Below are positions 14,327-28,337 of a DNA stretch of 64,000 nt, piece by piece. The position numbers and the translations under genes were made by a program. The stretch's first letter is position 1, and every line of letters starts with the position of its first letter. This DNA is from Okamejei kenojei (taxonomy: Eukaryota), in the NCBI GenBank assembly GCA_035221665.1, contig CM069158.1:22382001-22446000 (forward strand), given 5' to 3'. The notes below the pieces were generated by a model. That model had not been told where the DNA came from. It was given only the letters and a program-made list of their open reading frames with translations, and ran no database searches.

Positions 14327-15159
14327 GCAATGATCTGATGTCTATCTCAGTGATGTACATTGAGCTATAAATACTGGCCCCATGACTCCAAAGGGAATTG
14401 TTGATCCTCTTTAACTAAAGAAGACCGTGGTTCACCTTTTCATTTGGGTTGCATCTCCAGTGGTGCCAGGCACGAGCAACAGAGCAAGACCTCTGCGGCA
14501 GCTTCGTAAGTGCCGGCAGCGCACCTAGGCATTGTGCCACCAACACCACACGCGTTTTCAGCAATCATTCATCACACATGGCAATCCATTGGTAATGTCC
14601 CTCTGACAAAGCGGGGCACCCTGAGCCCTTCCCCTCCCGTGGTGCAGCAGTCTCCGGCTGCCGTGTCTGCGACCATGCGGCGCTCCTTGGTCGCCGAGCC
14701 AGAGTTTGTGCCTGCATTTTGTGTGGTCAGCCTCTACAGTGGAATTTAAATCCCCAATCCCCTGGCATGGCGAGGGGAGAAATGTATTTCTCTTTTTTTT
14801 TAGGATATGGAGGGAGCTATCGGAGCCCCGGGCCCAAACAGGGACAGTGTAACTTAAAATATCAGCTTGTATTTCTATAGCACCCTTTAAGAACATAAAA
14901 AATAGAACAGTACAGAGTAGGAACGGGTCGTTCGGCCCAAAATATCCGTGCCGAACATATTGCCAAGTTATTCCAATCTGCTCTGCGAACACGCGACCCA
15001 TATCTGTAAAACATGTAACTTTGTACAATATCTGGATCGTGACTATTGAACAACTTTAACCCTGGACCATGTAGGATGAGAGGACAAACGTGGAAAAGCT
15101 TGGTCAACAAAGGTTTGTTTAAATGTCTAGATGGAAGTCATAGATGCAGAGAGAGGACA

Positions 15160-15335
15160 AGACAACGTCCTGGCGTAACTTAGCAGGTCAGGCAGCATCC
15201 CTGGACAACATGCATAGGGGACGTTTCGAGTTGAAAACATCAGCTATCCATGTTCTCCAGAGATGCTGCCGGACCCGTTGAATTACTCCAGCACTTTTTC
15301 CTTTAGTCTATTAATCAGCATTAGCAGTTCTTTGT
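15160..15335. mobile_element. Head-to-head Penelope-derived element
   Basis: GGTCAGGCAGCATCCCTGGACAACATG… faces …CATGTTCTCCAGAGATGCTGCCGGACC. Confidence 0.75.
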
Positions 15336-16394
15336 GTGTACGATGCAGGGAGAGGGTTCGGTGGTCGGGTCCAGGATGATAAATATAGAATATTTAGATG
15401 CGACGTGGATGCAAGTTGGTGCCAGGATCTGGCTTTACTCCAGAGTAATCTATGAAGGATCCCGGCGATGGCGTGTTCATCACACGCTTGTGTTCTGATC
15501 CATTCCACCAATGGGATGGCAATTTCCTTCCTTTAGCTCCTCCCTTCTATTTCTATTTATTCCTCGGGTTGCGTGAAATTAGCAACAACCGCTGCTCCCT
15601 ATTCGTGGAGACACCACATAGTTGGCATGGAGGAACATGATGCTTGGTTACAGAGGCGCAGGTCAGGAGTTTCCAAAAGACAAGAGAGTTTAGGAACGAA
15701 ATTCCAGCGCTTGGCGCTGAGACAGCTGACGGTTCTGCCGCAAAGGGGGAAACGTTGGCTGTGCGAGGCGCTACAATTTGATGCAATCATCCCCTCTGGT
15801 CCATGTGCCCCATCTGCGGACGCACCCATTTCTCCATTCCTCCTTCCTTTCCGTCTCCTTCCACCTACCCCCCTCCCTATGGCTTCACATGTTGCTCTTC
15901 TATCCTTCTCACACTGTTGTCTTTTTCATTTCTCGACCTAGTCGCACACCAAAAACAATCTGCTCAATCGCACCCCCCCCTCCCCGCCCGCCCCCCCCCC
16001 CCCCCCCGTCCCGTATCCCTTTATCATTCCGTCAGGTTTTGTCTCGCCACCACCTCTCTTCTAGTCTCCCCCCTCCACTACAACCAGTCGAAAGAAGGGT
16101 TCCGTCCCGAAACCTCGCATATCCATGTTCTCCAGAGATGTTGCCTGAAGCATGTTCTCCAACGATGCTGCCTGATCCATGTTCTCCAGAGAGGCTGCCT
16201 GGCCCACTGAGCCGCTCCCACAATGTATTTTCAACAATGAACCAAGCGCTGTGCAATCCCAATGGACATGTTACCGCCGAAGCAACTCGGCGGCCTCGTC
16301 GCTTGGCATCAATATATTTCTGACATAGTAATAATCACTGATGGTCAACGACTTGCCTCTGGAGCTCAGCAGGTCGCGGGTGAACAACGCTCCA

Positions 16395-16890
16395 GGTGTG
16401 GAGTTCACTTTATATCCCGTTGACCTGAGCTTGTATTAGGTTGACTTTACTACGGTACAGGGGAAGTGCAGCACCATTCGAGGTCGCTGCTGCCCAATGA
16501 CGTGTTAAACTGAGGGCCATTCCTGCGGACAGATGTGAAGTATCCCCTTGAAGAAAGAGATGCCCTCTATCCTGGTTAATATTTACCTGTATCGACCAAA
16601 CCCGAGGCCAGGTGAAGGGTCTCGACCCGGACATTTCCCACACACATGCCGCCTGACCCACCGTGTGTCTGCAGCAGCCTATGTATTGCGCCGGGTTACA
16701 GCAGTTGCCGCCTCTGGCCCCGATAACGGATGATTTGGGACATTATCACATTGGTGTTTACGAAACTTGCTGCCCGCACGGCACTTCTGTTTTCTCATTC
16801 CAACAATGATTACTTTTCAGAAGTTTTCCCTGGTCGTAACATTTGTGGCAGGATTTGACCCGTGATCGGTGCTATCTAGACGTGTATTGC
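16395..16890 (+). mobile_element. Old DeuSINE (SacSINE1-like) relic interrupted near 16610-16720
   Basis: Recalled similarity to the Deu domain (…GTTAAACTGAGGGCC…GAAGAAAGAG…TCCTGGTTAATATTTA…CATTATCACATTGGTGTTT). Highly diverged. Confidence 0.6.
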
Positions 16891-18552
16891 TTGGCACAAA
16901 GCAGGCGCCTAGTTTGCTTTTGGCTGGGTGATTAATCGCGAGGCCTTCCACGCCTTGATCGAATTGGAAACCTCCGTTAGAACAGTTATTGAAATGAAAC
17001 CAATCCGCTATCCATGTTACATCATCCACGCCACCTCCGTCTGAGCGAGGAGCCAGGGGCTGGCCGACTACTCTGTTTGTCTCTTTCGCCATTGACTGGA
17101 TCTTGCTGTGCAGGGATACTCTGTTGGCCAGGGATGACCACAATCTCCCTGACAGCATCTTCCTGACTGCGAAGGCCTTTGAGGCATCAGGGGACATTCG
17201 ACGGAGGCGCAATGTAAATGCAACGGCTTGCTTCTAAAAAGCAATCACTGAAATCAAGTGACGAGGACAAACTAATCTGGTTTCATTCCGTTTCAGATAT
17301 TCGGCATCCACGAGGAAGGACGCACTGTTTCCGCAGGAATCCTGAAAGGTAATTCCTAACGTATGTATAATGAACATTTAGCTCTGACCATTTATGTGAA
17401 TGCCCATATTCAATTCCATGCCCGAATTCAGTACCCGGCGTACCTCCACCCCCGGGGAGACTTGGTCAGTCTTGGCATGGACAGTCCGAAACAGTAGCGG
17501 GCCGCAAATGGACCAGGAATAGTAGTGCGACCCAAAATCTTTGTCTCTCCGGTAAATAAAGGAAATCCTAAACCATCAAAGAAGAGTTGGGTGCAAGATA
17601 TTAGGTGAAGTGTAGTGGGTGAAGCGTTTTTAATAAAAACTTATTGGCTGTAAATTAAGGGTGAAGGTTATTCGGTGAACTTTATTGGGCGAAGGTTTTT
17701 GGATGGAAAGATTTTGGGTAAAGGCTATAGAGTAAAGATTGTTGGCGAAAAATCATTGGATGAAAGTTTATAGGGGGAAGGTTAATAGTTTAAGGCTAAA
17801 GAACTGGTGGATCTAAGTTGCTACATTCCACACCTGTCCCTGCGCACAATGGACAGACCGGGGAACTGATCAAACGATGGTTCCACAAACTCCAAAGGGT
17901 CGAATTGGACGATGTTTAACGTCAATTGTTGGACAGTCTGCCCAGCCTCTGAAAGGGGTTCTCAGAGAGGTAAGTTGATGTACATAGCTGCAATGGTCCC
18001 TGTAGTCAGTCACCTTCCCCGCGACTCCACATTTTGTGACCCATCCCTCCCCATGGGCCGCAGACTCCAGAGATTCGCCGCCCCCTGAGAGAGGACACAC
18101 CTCGCTGTTAGATAGAAGATACTCGTTGGAAAGAAACCTTAAACAGTACAAGCGCATGAGCGATCTGTGGGGCCGCTGACACTGCGTGGGAGAATGCAGT
18201 ATCCGGTTACTGGTGCATTCGTTCTAAAAGAGTTAAGAGTGTTTAATTGTCATATAGGCCGCCCACGGGACAATGAAACTCGTACCTGCAGCACCATAGC
18301 AGGTCTGCAAACACGGCACACATAAATAATACATAATAAACAATAATCAATACATTCAATAAATGGATAACGAGAATATTTGTGCAAAAAGAAACCAATG
18401 TGCTTAGTGCAAACAAAGACAACCCATGGAGGTTCAAGGCTACCTTCGGCATACTGCGCGGGTTCACCATTTACACAAATACATGTGCTGAACCCTAGTG
18501 TGAACATCGTGGGCTGTCTTCACGGCAATCGGGAAAATGCAGTGACCTCAGT

Positions 18553-18610
18553 CACACATACTCACCCACTCACTTATATACCCACACACTCTCTCTCTCT
18601 CTCTCTCCCT

Positions 18611-18663
<53 letters not shown>

Positions 18664-18865
18664 CTCTCCCGCTCTCTCACACTCTGTCAGACACTGACAC
18701 ATTTTTACACACTCACTCTCTCACGCTGATAATCTCTTTCACATTCACACTCTCACGCACTCTCACATACTCACACTTTCACACACTCTCTCAGATTCTC
18801 TCACCCACTCTCACGCTCTCTCACACACACTCACACACACTCTCACACACTCACTGACGCACTCA
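18553..18865. repeat. (CT)n/(CA)n compound simple repeat
   Basis: Directly visible. Confidence 0.9.
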
Positions 18866-19464
18866 TCAGTGGAGCCTACAAAGCAACCAGAATACACCTT
18901 CCAATGCAGCCCCCTCGCCCACCTCCCGTCTCATTCACGACGCCTCTGCCACCCAGATTTCTCTGCCAAAACAAAAGCTACATAACAATGAACCCAGTGG
19001 TTCAAACTGAACAAACCCTGCGAAGGTTGGTACCTGTTACCTGCTCCCCGGGTTAAAGAGCGAGCAATTTATATTTAAGAGGATATTCGACTTAATAAAA
19101 TATTAAACTTCACATCTAAAAACCCAGGAATAGGATTTTTTTTCAGGAAGTAACACGGACACGAAAAGGAATGAGTGTTTTCCACGTTTTTATGATGGAA
19201 TCTCGTGTTAAAAACTGAAGATCCCGGTGTATCAGTCTCCTGACAATTCCCGCGGACAACTCACTCCTTGGGAGTCTGTTGTTTCCGCTCCCTATTCACG
19301 CTACGAGAGCAAGATCCCAATCTCCTTCCAGTCATCTATCACATTGGTTATCTGTAAACTCTGTAACTTCCCCATTCCATCCCTCCATTTACCCGCCTGT
19401 GGGACAAGTCTCCGCGCCTTCTCGTTTTGTCACCACATTACAGGAAGACTGTGGTAGCAATATG

Positions 19465-19940
19465 GAGAATTCAGAAGAGATTCACAAGAACTCCCTTGGA
19501 ATGGAAGGCTGTAGTTATAAGGAGAGATGGGACAGGCTCTGCTTCTTCTCATTAGACATATGGGCAGACTTCGGTCATTCGGCCCGACCAGTCTGCTCAC
19601 TGGAACGTAGGGAGCTGAGGGGTGAGTTTTTAGAAATATATAACATTACGAGAGGTGCAGATAGGATAGATAGAGTCCTTTTTTCCAGAGCAGGGGAGTC
19701 TACAACTGGAGGGCCCAGGCTTAAGACGGGAGGGAGAACTGAGGGTAACTTATTCACATCGAAAGTAATAGTTATCTGAAATGAGCTGCCAGACGGGGTG
19801 GTAGAGGCAGATTCAATTCAGTGCTTAACAGGTATTTGGACACGTGCTTACATGGGAAAGGCAGAGAATACGAACAAGTTGGATTCATGTGGAAGGCAGC
19901 ACGGCTGACAAGGTGTAGGGATGTGGAAGGCCCTGTTTCT
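19465..19940 (+). mobile_element. CR1-like LINE 3' fragment
   Basis: GMEGCSYKERWDRL…LERRELRGEFLEIYNITRGADR in the ORF track; same 3' tail. Confidence 0.85.
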
Positions 19941-21754
19941 CTAAGGGAGAATTGGATAACTATGATTTTATGATCTATCTCGTTATTGTTAAACTGTGGA
20001 TCTTTCAGTCCATTTCAAGATTCGTTTGGCATAATGAAAATGTAGTATCTGCCATTTATCTAAAACCTAACGTGGCAAAATCAATCCAACAGTTTTTCCT
20101 CCACCCGCATCCTCGTGGTGGTCTCAATTCTATGCACAAGGCGTCGTTTTCTTTTAGATATTCGGATGATGGAGGCGATTGATAAAATAAAAAACAGCAA
20201 CGCACAAAAGTGGCGTGTCTCCCGCACGAGGTAGACAACACCAACACCCTTTCCCGGCAATGTTCAGACATGCGATATGTCATCTGCACATTCGGACAGT
20301 CGAAATATTTAAACTTTGCAACGTCTCAAGCAGCAACGTTGAAATTGCAACATGCAGATCTTGCAATATTCAAACTGCAATATTGGAGCTGTATTTTCCA
20401 GACTGTGCAATATTCAAACTCTGCAACGTTCAGACTGTAAACAGATCTAACTGCACCAGAGTGAAATTGTCACTCCTCCTCTGCCATATTCATTCTCGGT
20501 ATCGTTGGGACAGCAACGTCCAAGCCTAGTAATATTCAGGATTTGAAATGTTCGGATTGTTTCATATTCCTCTGCAATATGTCACTCCCGCTCATGTTCT
20601 GGAATATTCAGCCTTTCGAAATGCCAAACTTCCTGCCATTCCCTCCATCTTTTCAACCTCGCCGCTCCCTTGCATCGCCGGCCTTGATTTCTCCACATCA
20701 AATTAACACTGGCAGATTAAAATCTGCTCTGTCGTGCCAACTGCTCGACGTCACCAAGCTGTGCCTTTGCAATGTTATGCCGAACGTTGAGCCGTTTCGT
20801 GGTAAACTGCGCCACGATTACTTTGCAGTTTGGCTCTGAGTGAAATTTGGGGGTTTTCTGTGTGAAATGGACAGTTCCTGGTAGGCAGTGAGTGACTTCA
20901 TCCTCCTGCGGTTTTAATCGTAGTTTACTTCAATTATGTAATATATATAAATGATATAAATTATATAAAATCGGGCACGAAATATTATTCATTGGGTGAA
21001 TCGTATCCACAGCCGTTTGTTCCGTTTTGAAACAAATTGTACATGGATACTGAGATGATAATTTCGCTCAGTTTATAATAAGTCCATTATGTGGTGTTAT
21101 ACAGTTGATAGCATCGTTTTAAATTCATGTGGAAAAAATATAATCACTTGATTTTCTAACAAAACAACTTGTTTCAGAATGTGCAAACCATTCATATAAA
21201 TTGTATCTATTTTTAAACGTTATTTTACGTGGATACTAATTCAAAAAGCAATGGAATTGTATTTAAGAATTACATATCAAAATACGTCAAAATATATTCA
21301 TTTTCGCAAGGCCAAAGCATAGTAAAATCTGCATTGCAGATGAATATTAATTCAGATGCTTTCACTATTCCTGTTTCTACATCGTTTTATCTTCGGTAAG
21401 TAGTATAATGCTTTGTTGCTTTTGTAGAAATATTGGTTACACTGCTTAAAGAAATGTAGCCAGACCTGATCAACCCATTAGGTTGCAGAATATGAGTACA
21501 GAAAAAAATCCGACTTTAAATATAATGTTGGTTGTTTTTTTGTTCGGAACCGCGTGTGTTGACTGTGGTTACAGTATCTATGGTTACTGAAATTAATATT
21601 TCTGCATGCCCCCACGCAATGTTAAAGGCAGCAGACGGAGGCCGAGAGATTCAACGTGAATACTGCAGGGGTTAGGCAGCAGAGAGGTTGATATTATTAG
21701 AACCCTCGACTGTCTATGTGTAAGATATTGTAATAAGTACTTAATCTTGTGGTA

Positions 21755-21839
21755 TGTGTGTGTGTGCCTATATATATACTCACGTCCAAATATTACATAC
21801 TTTTACTATATATATATATTTATCTCTAATATATATGTA

Positions 21840-21891
<52 letters not shown>

Positions 21892-21922
21892 GAATTATAT
21901 TTTATATAAAATATATATATTT
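21755..21922. repeat. (TA)n/(TG)n low-complexity tract
   Basis: Directly visible. Confidence 0.9.
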
Positions 21923-22896
21923 AATAATTCGAGACTGCACCGGCGAAATTTAAATGAGCCAAGCGCAGTACAAAGCTGTTTTTTTTGGTCGGCGGTACTT
22001 TTAAGTAAAGCAGTGTTAATGTCATTGAAGAAGTGCTCACCAAGTTAGTTTTATTCGTTTTACATTATATTTTTAGTCTGACGCAACAGATTCGGTATAA
22101 AGGTGTCCTCCCATTAAGAGTGAAATGTACAATCGAAGCAGTCATCATAAAATCATTGGCATTCATGTATACAGACTCACACGCCAGCCTCAGTCACACG
22201 CTCTCTCTGCCAGACATACACACATGCACCAATGTACATACATGCAATGTACCTACATACAATGTACATACATGCCATCACACGCACACGCACACGCACA
22301 CGCACATGCACACAGTTGTGTATACACATCAACACAATTTGTGCTTTCAATTCCACACAAAATGCCGCACACATACAATCACAAAGTCACCTGTGTTAAC
22401 ACGCACCTTTCACCTCGCATGCGATCACAGTCTTTACAAGACTATGCCAATACAAGAGATGTAATTCAGAGTGATGCAAGTTTGGAATTGGGGAGACACA
22501 CAAATACCAAAATGAAACAGCCACAATCTCCCCTCTCGTATCCCCCTCTTATGTACGATTTTTTTCTCTTGAGCTTGCTTTTTTATATTTTAATAAATAA
22601 CAAGATAAGAGAGAAGAGTAAGATGACTTCTCAGTTAAAATAACATATCGTTAGTGTAAATGAAGCTTTTTATGTGGAAAATTGAACAAAACAGAAATGG
22701 CTGGACGTTAGCGGCAGGTAGGTAATCACCTGAGAAAAATACAAGATAGATTGCCGCCCCGGATCTGTCGAGTAATCGTTTTTTCCCTCCTTAATTTGTA
22801 TCTTTAATTTACAAATACATTTCAAAAAATCCACTTGCATGGTTCTTGTTGATGAAAATCTGACCCCGTTTCGAAGTTGTAGAAACAATGAGACAT

Positions 22897-23172
22897 AGAA
22901 GGGATGGGAATGGGAGGGAGGGAGGGAGAGCGAGGAGAGGAGAGAAAGGGTGGAGAGAGTGATGAGAGATAGGAGGAGAGAGAGGAGGGCGGGTGAGGAA
23001 AGGGGGTGCGGCGGAGGGGTAGGGGAGGGAGGAGGAGATAAATGTGTTCGGTGGTAAGGGGCGGGTGGGTGGGGGAGAGTAGAGAGCGGGGGAGAGGGAG
23101 GGGAGGGTGGGGACGGGGTATGGAGGGAGGAAGAGCGTGGAGGGAGGGAGGGAGAGGAGGGGTGGAAGTGGG
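22897..23172 (+). repeat. Polypurine G-rich tract
   Basis: Many GGG/GGAG runs. Confidence 0.85.
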
Positions 23173-26100
23173 TCTGTAATGGACAAGTTGTGGGGCCGTG
23201 TGGTCAGCTCCATGCCGACCATCAGATGTCCCAAATTCCACTTGGACCTGGAGTTGCTGAACCATCTGATCTGGACGAATGGACTCAATTGTATTTACTT
23301 ACATCCTTTATTTTATCTCAATTTACTCACATTTCCATCTGTTTATTCAAGATTCAAGGGTGTGATATGGTCAAAGGTCCCGTAACGGAACAACGACATT
23401 CTCACTTACAGCAGCATAACAGATATGTGAGCATAGTACTCTGTAAACCTCGTTGTAAATAACAAAACATTTATATGTTTAACCAGTTTACGGTTCACAC
23501 ATGCTTTTATCATTTGCAAATCTGTTCTCTGCCCCTACCTCCACGTGGCCGCGTAGGCTGGTGGATGTTTTCCTGTGGTTGGGCAGCCTTGTGCCAGCGG
23601 GCACTCTGCCCTGTGGCCGGGTACTGTGGGCCAATGTCCCCACAACCCCACGCCCACACGTTCACGGTGACAATTGGAGCCACTTCACAGTCTGCAGTAT
23701 TCGTGCACAAGGCAGTCCAGTGATGGCACCCACGGAGGCAGCATTTCAGCTTGAAGATCCCTCTGAGTGAGTGAGTAGACTGTACGGTTACAGAGTCCAG
23801 ACAAAGGCTGTTCCAATTCCCGCTCAATGTATATTCGGTTTGCATTCATATTCCGGGAAAAAACGGCACTGACTGTTCTGTGGAAATGGGACTTAGAATT
23901 TAAGAAAATGTAATTTAGGTGGTTCAGTCAAATCGCAGCAAAGCTTCCACGATTGGAAGCCCGGGGATGGTTCTACAGGAGGCACCCTTGGTCATTGAGG
24001 CCAGCATTAATCTGGAGGCAAGAGTTAAATTTGAATCGAACCAACGCCGTTTTAAAAGAAGTAAATAAGTGAGGGGAAAGTCTTCAGCAAAGATTTCTTT
24101 CAGTGGGGGAAAAAAAATCATAAACCAATATGTCTTGGAAGAGGTTGCAAGAGAATATAACGCCTATTTTAGATACTGCCTATTGTTTCACTCTAATTTA
24201 TAAAACATACTTATTATGATAGAATTGATACTAAAACAGCTGCAGATGGAAAGCTGGCGAAATCTATCCGATTAAATCCAACATTTGATTGCGAGTTGTG
24301 TATACTGTGGGTGCGCGCTACAATCTCTCAGTTAATCCAAGGAGCTGAAAATATATTTTAATTCAACCTCCATTGTAAGGGGAAACAAACGATTATTTTT
24401 AAACAGTCTTGAAGATGCTGGGCAGAGGTAGAATTATCAGATAGGTAGATTGTCTCTTCTGTCAATGAAACCCGATTCCATTTCCATTCCACCACAGAAC
24501 CTACGCTTTGTACAGTGTTAGCTGCAGTGAAATTAAACTGCGTTAAACAATCTTGAATTAACGTCGTGTAATTCCCTTTTTTTTAAAATTAAATAGCATT
24601 TTAAAAATATTGTTAATATTAGATGTTGGTCTGTGTGGCCCAAGACATTGAGGCCCAGGGCGTTATATATTTTACGCAGAGGGTCAGGCATATTGTTACC
24701 TCGCTGTATGGGATGGGATAATGTGGGCCCAAATACTGCGTATTAGGCCTCTGTAAATGATAAGGTCGGTGTTTCGTCATTTTGCTTTGCGTATATTCGC
24801 TCGTTATATTATAACACTATTAACCTCCTTCATTGAAAGCAAATGCCATATTTATTTTAAATAATAATACAGTAATTTCATTTCAAAATACGCAATGGTA
24901 ACATTTGACAATTACAAGCCCAACGTACCTTAAATAAGTGCTTCAACGCAAGAGATTGAAACACAAAGCAGAAGCTGCGTATTATCAGGGAAGGAATGGG
25001 CCCTCCGAGCAAATGTGAAATGAAACGGATTCACTCGTTCTGGGCCCCTGAACCTGGTTTTGAACCCTCAACTTAAATCGCCTGCTTTTCGGAACTAGTT
25101 CCCTGTTCTCCACAGTTATGCAACTTGATCTTTTCCGCGAATCTCTCCATGAATCAACTTAGATATAGATCTCTCTGTTCATCTATAGATATATTCATGA
25201 ATTAAATTGTCCATAATTCTGGATGATGCGTGTGTGTGAGAGAGAGTGTGTGTGTGTTTGTATGTGTGTGTGTGAGAGAGAGAGAGAAAGAGTGTGTGTG
25301 CTCACCATCCATCCATTTACCGCATGAAATATCCATTTATCTTTCTCTGTGTTACAGTTAACATTGTATTTTAAGTCACATTGTCTCAGCGTCTTGTAAA
25401 TTCTTAATTATCTCGAAATTAAGTTTTCCAAAGAAAGGAGAATTTGAATGTTAAGAGTACAATCCGTGTCGTTATTCCTTAACTTCCTCCCACCCTGACC
25501 CTTCCATGTCCCACCTGATGGAATCTCCCCTCATGTTGGCGAGGTCGCGCCTCTTTTGTCTCGCTTGAGGATTTTTTTGTTCCGGTAAAATTCGACTCCT
25601 CTGCTTTCTGCACGGGTTAATCACTCTTGCAATTTGTGGGAAATGAAACTGTTTAAATGAGCCGATATTCAAGAATATCGCGCAGTCTGCAGGCCCAACG
25701 CTGGGTACTGTACAACTGGCAACTGGTCGGGACCAGCTCGGCCGCCTCTGTACCCCCCCCCCCCCCCCCCCGGCATTCTCTACCCGATCCTCACAACTCG
25801 GTATGCAAGTACTCGGGTCGCCGCACTGCATTGTAATTACACCAGGCATAAGTGGGAATGTAAAGTGACGGTGTTGCAGCGAAACAAAACTAACAGTACT
25901 ACGAAAAATGGCGACAAGTACAGTGATCCACGCACAGTAAATCCCCTTCTCTCTTTGTTCAACTATCTCCCCCTACACGCGTCCATTCGTTGCCGACCGC
26001 TTCTCCAAAGTGTAAAGGCAACATTCTGCCACAGTTATTGTTGTAAAACCCAACACCTCGGAAAACTGAAACCTCAAAGCCAATTGGCAGATAATAATCG

Positions 26101-27887
26101 GCTCTGTCTGACAGGGAGAAGCCCAATATATTGTAACAAACTGGGGGAAAGTTAGAGAAGAACGGGGAAACGGAGCTGTGGGGGTGAATTAAATCCTGGA
26201 GTCGCCTGGCTGTGGATTAGAGTCTGTGGTCACTGTCTCGTGAGTACATCTCTGGTACAACATGCGATCTTTCCTAGAATAACGAACACGTGAACACACG
26301 CATTACCACCGAGAGCAGCCGCAGTATGAAGCACAGTTCAAAGTGTCGTGGAATGTGATCTTTGTCAATATCTGCAATAGGTTCCTTAGCACTCGCCGGG
26401 GCTAAATTATAAACCTTGCTTTCATGTTTGAATCTGGATTGTTCCTCCCGGTGAGACGAGAGAGACAATAATTAATGGCATAAGTCAGGGAGTAGCCAGT
26501 CTTGTCCTTAATTACTGGGCAGAAAACTCTGGCGGAATTAGCATGACCTGCCAGCTAAACAAATTCCCAATGTATGACTGAAAAGGAGAGGGGGGAAATA
26601 AGGAGGGGGGGGAAACTCCATCGTAACTAATGAGAGAGAGAGGGGGGAGCGTGGGGGGGAGACAGACCCATATGCAAACAACCTAGTGTTGTTAATGCAA
26701 TTTATGGGCATTGGCTTAACGCAAGCATTCATGGCCTTAGGTATCGGCGTTTGGGTGAAGCCTGTATCTCAGCTTCCCTGCCGGTCCTGGGCAACAAGGG
26801 AGGCGGATACATGGGAGTATCAAGCCGGCAGAGAATCACAGCGGGGCCAGGGTACTTGGCCCATTTCTCGTTACCCTCGTCCGTGCCATCTTCGTCCCTT
26901 GGGCAGTTTAAGGTGCGGATATGTGTTACAATTTCTGTTGGGGTTGTGTTGCAAATCAGGGTTACTATATTTAACACCGACGGTTTGACCTAACCCTTTA
27001 CAGTCCCTTGAAGCAGTCGTGTATAATTAGCAAAACGCTAACCCACCGAAAGATCAGCGCTATTGGGGAACACCATAACTCCCCGCTTCCCAGCTACCTT
27101 TTAGTGCGATTAAATCCAAATGTATAATGATCAAATCTATGTTCCCCTTCAAACCTCTCGCCCCAGTCATCTAGAGCTGTCACGTCTCATAATCTCCCCC
27201 GCCCACCTCTCGCTTTTGACTGCTATGTGTCTGGGGTTAGAGATGGATAAAGTGTCCCCGGCCTATCTATAATATAAGGATTCAAGAAGGCATCAAATAT
27301 CATTGTTCCTCCAGGAGCAACCAGAATTATTCACACCTTTCCCCCTAAACAGACACGTTGCTAAATATAGAACTGTTTTAATTCACACACAACACTTTGT
27401 AGTCATAAATATATTAAAAGGAGGGAATTGTATCAGAATTCGCCGGTAGATTAGTTCATGTAAGTGGTCCGTAGTGGCTCTGGCATTGCACATCTTCGCT
27501 TGTCCGATGGACGGACTGGTATAACTGAGGGTAGCTAAACATCCGCGGGTGAGCGGGCCCCACTACGACAGTCACTGGAATACGATTGGAATCTGTGAGA
27601 GGCCGTGTATATATTTGGAGTCAGAGATAAATGGATTCTGCAATCCTGTACAGGGGGCGGCTTCGCGGCGTTTAGGAATGAAACTAAAATAATGCATTTG
27701 TCATTCCCTCTGTGGTTACATTGCAATGGCAGTTGCGAGGGTGAATGAGTGGTTGTGTGTATTTTTTTTTAAACAATAGACATTACATGCTCCTTCGCCG
27801 ACTGCCAGCGGGATTGTGTGTCCATATAAACTTAGAGGAAATGAATGCGCCCGGTGGAAAATATCGCATATTTCACTGGGTGGCACG

Positions 27888-27890
<3 letters not shown>

Positions 27891-27947
<57 letters not shown>
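27891..27947. repeat. (GA)n microsatellite
   Basis: Directly visible. Confidence 0.97.
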
Positions 27948-27952
<5 letters not shown>

Positions 27953-28337
27953 GGAATCTTTGGCAGATACGGCGCGACTCATACTCTGCCTTCCTGTGTA
28001 CGCGCTGTGTGTAGCGAGAGAAGGTGGGTCATATTTTATATGCAAGAAATACTTCGCCTGGAGACGTGACTGTGTGAAAGAAAGGGGCCGTACTTAGAAA
28101 TTCAATTATTCAAATTGTGCTTTCCTGCACATTGATCCGTGTCATATTGACGAGTGTGTTGTATTAGCATATTATACTGTACTGCTGTCAATGACTGCCT
28201 GAAACTGTGCATCTTATAAATGCAAGTATGTAAATATCGACTCATGTGGGTAGGTGGGGTATTGAGGGGCGAGTACATTGTAGCCCATTAAGACTACCTG
28301 TGCACTGTACAGCGCCGCTTGTTTCTGGAAGCCAGTG

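Noticed and set aside
14023-14370. ORFs spanning N runs (also 29769-30062)
   Set aside because: Artefacts of assembly gaps.
17840-17860. REST/RE1-like site (also weak matches near 28868 and 41922)
   Set aside because: Several mismatches or wrong half-site spacing relative to TTCAGCACCNNGGACAG, although REST control of mir-9 loci is known.
17600-20625. CRISPR-like arrays
   Set aside because: Eukaryotic context; units are contiguous, degenerate and lack unique spacers.
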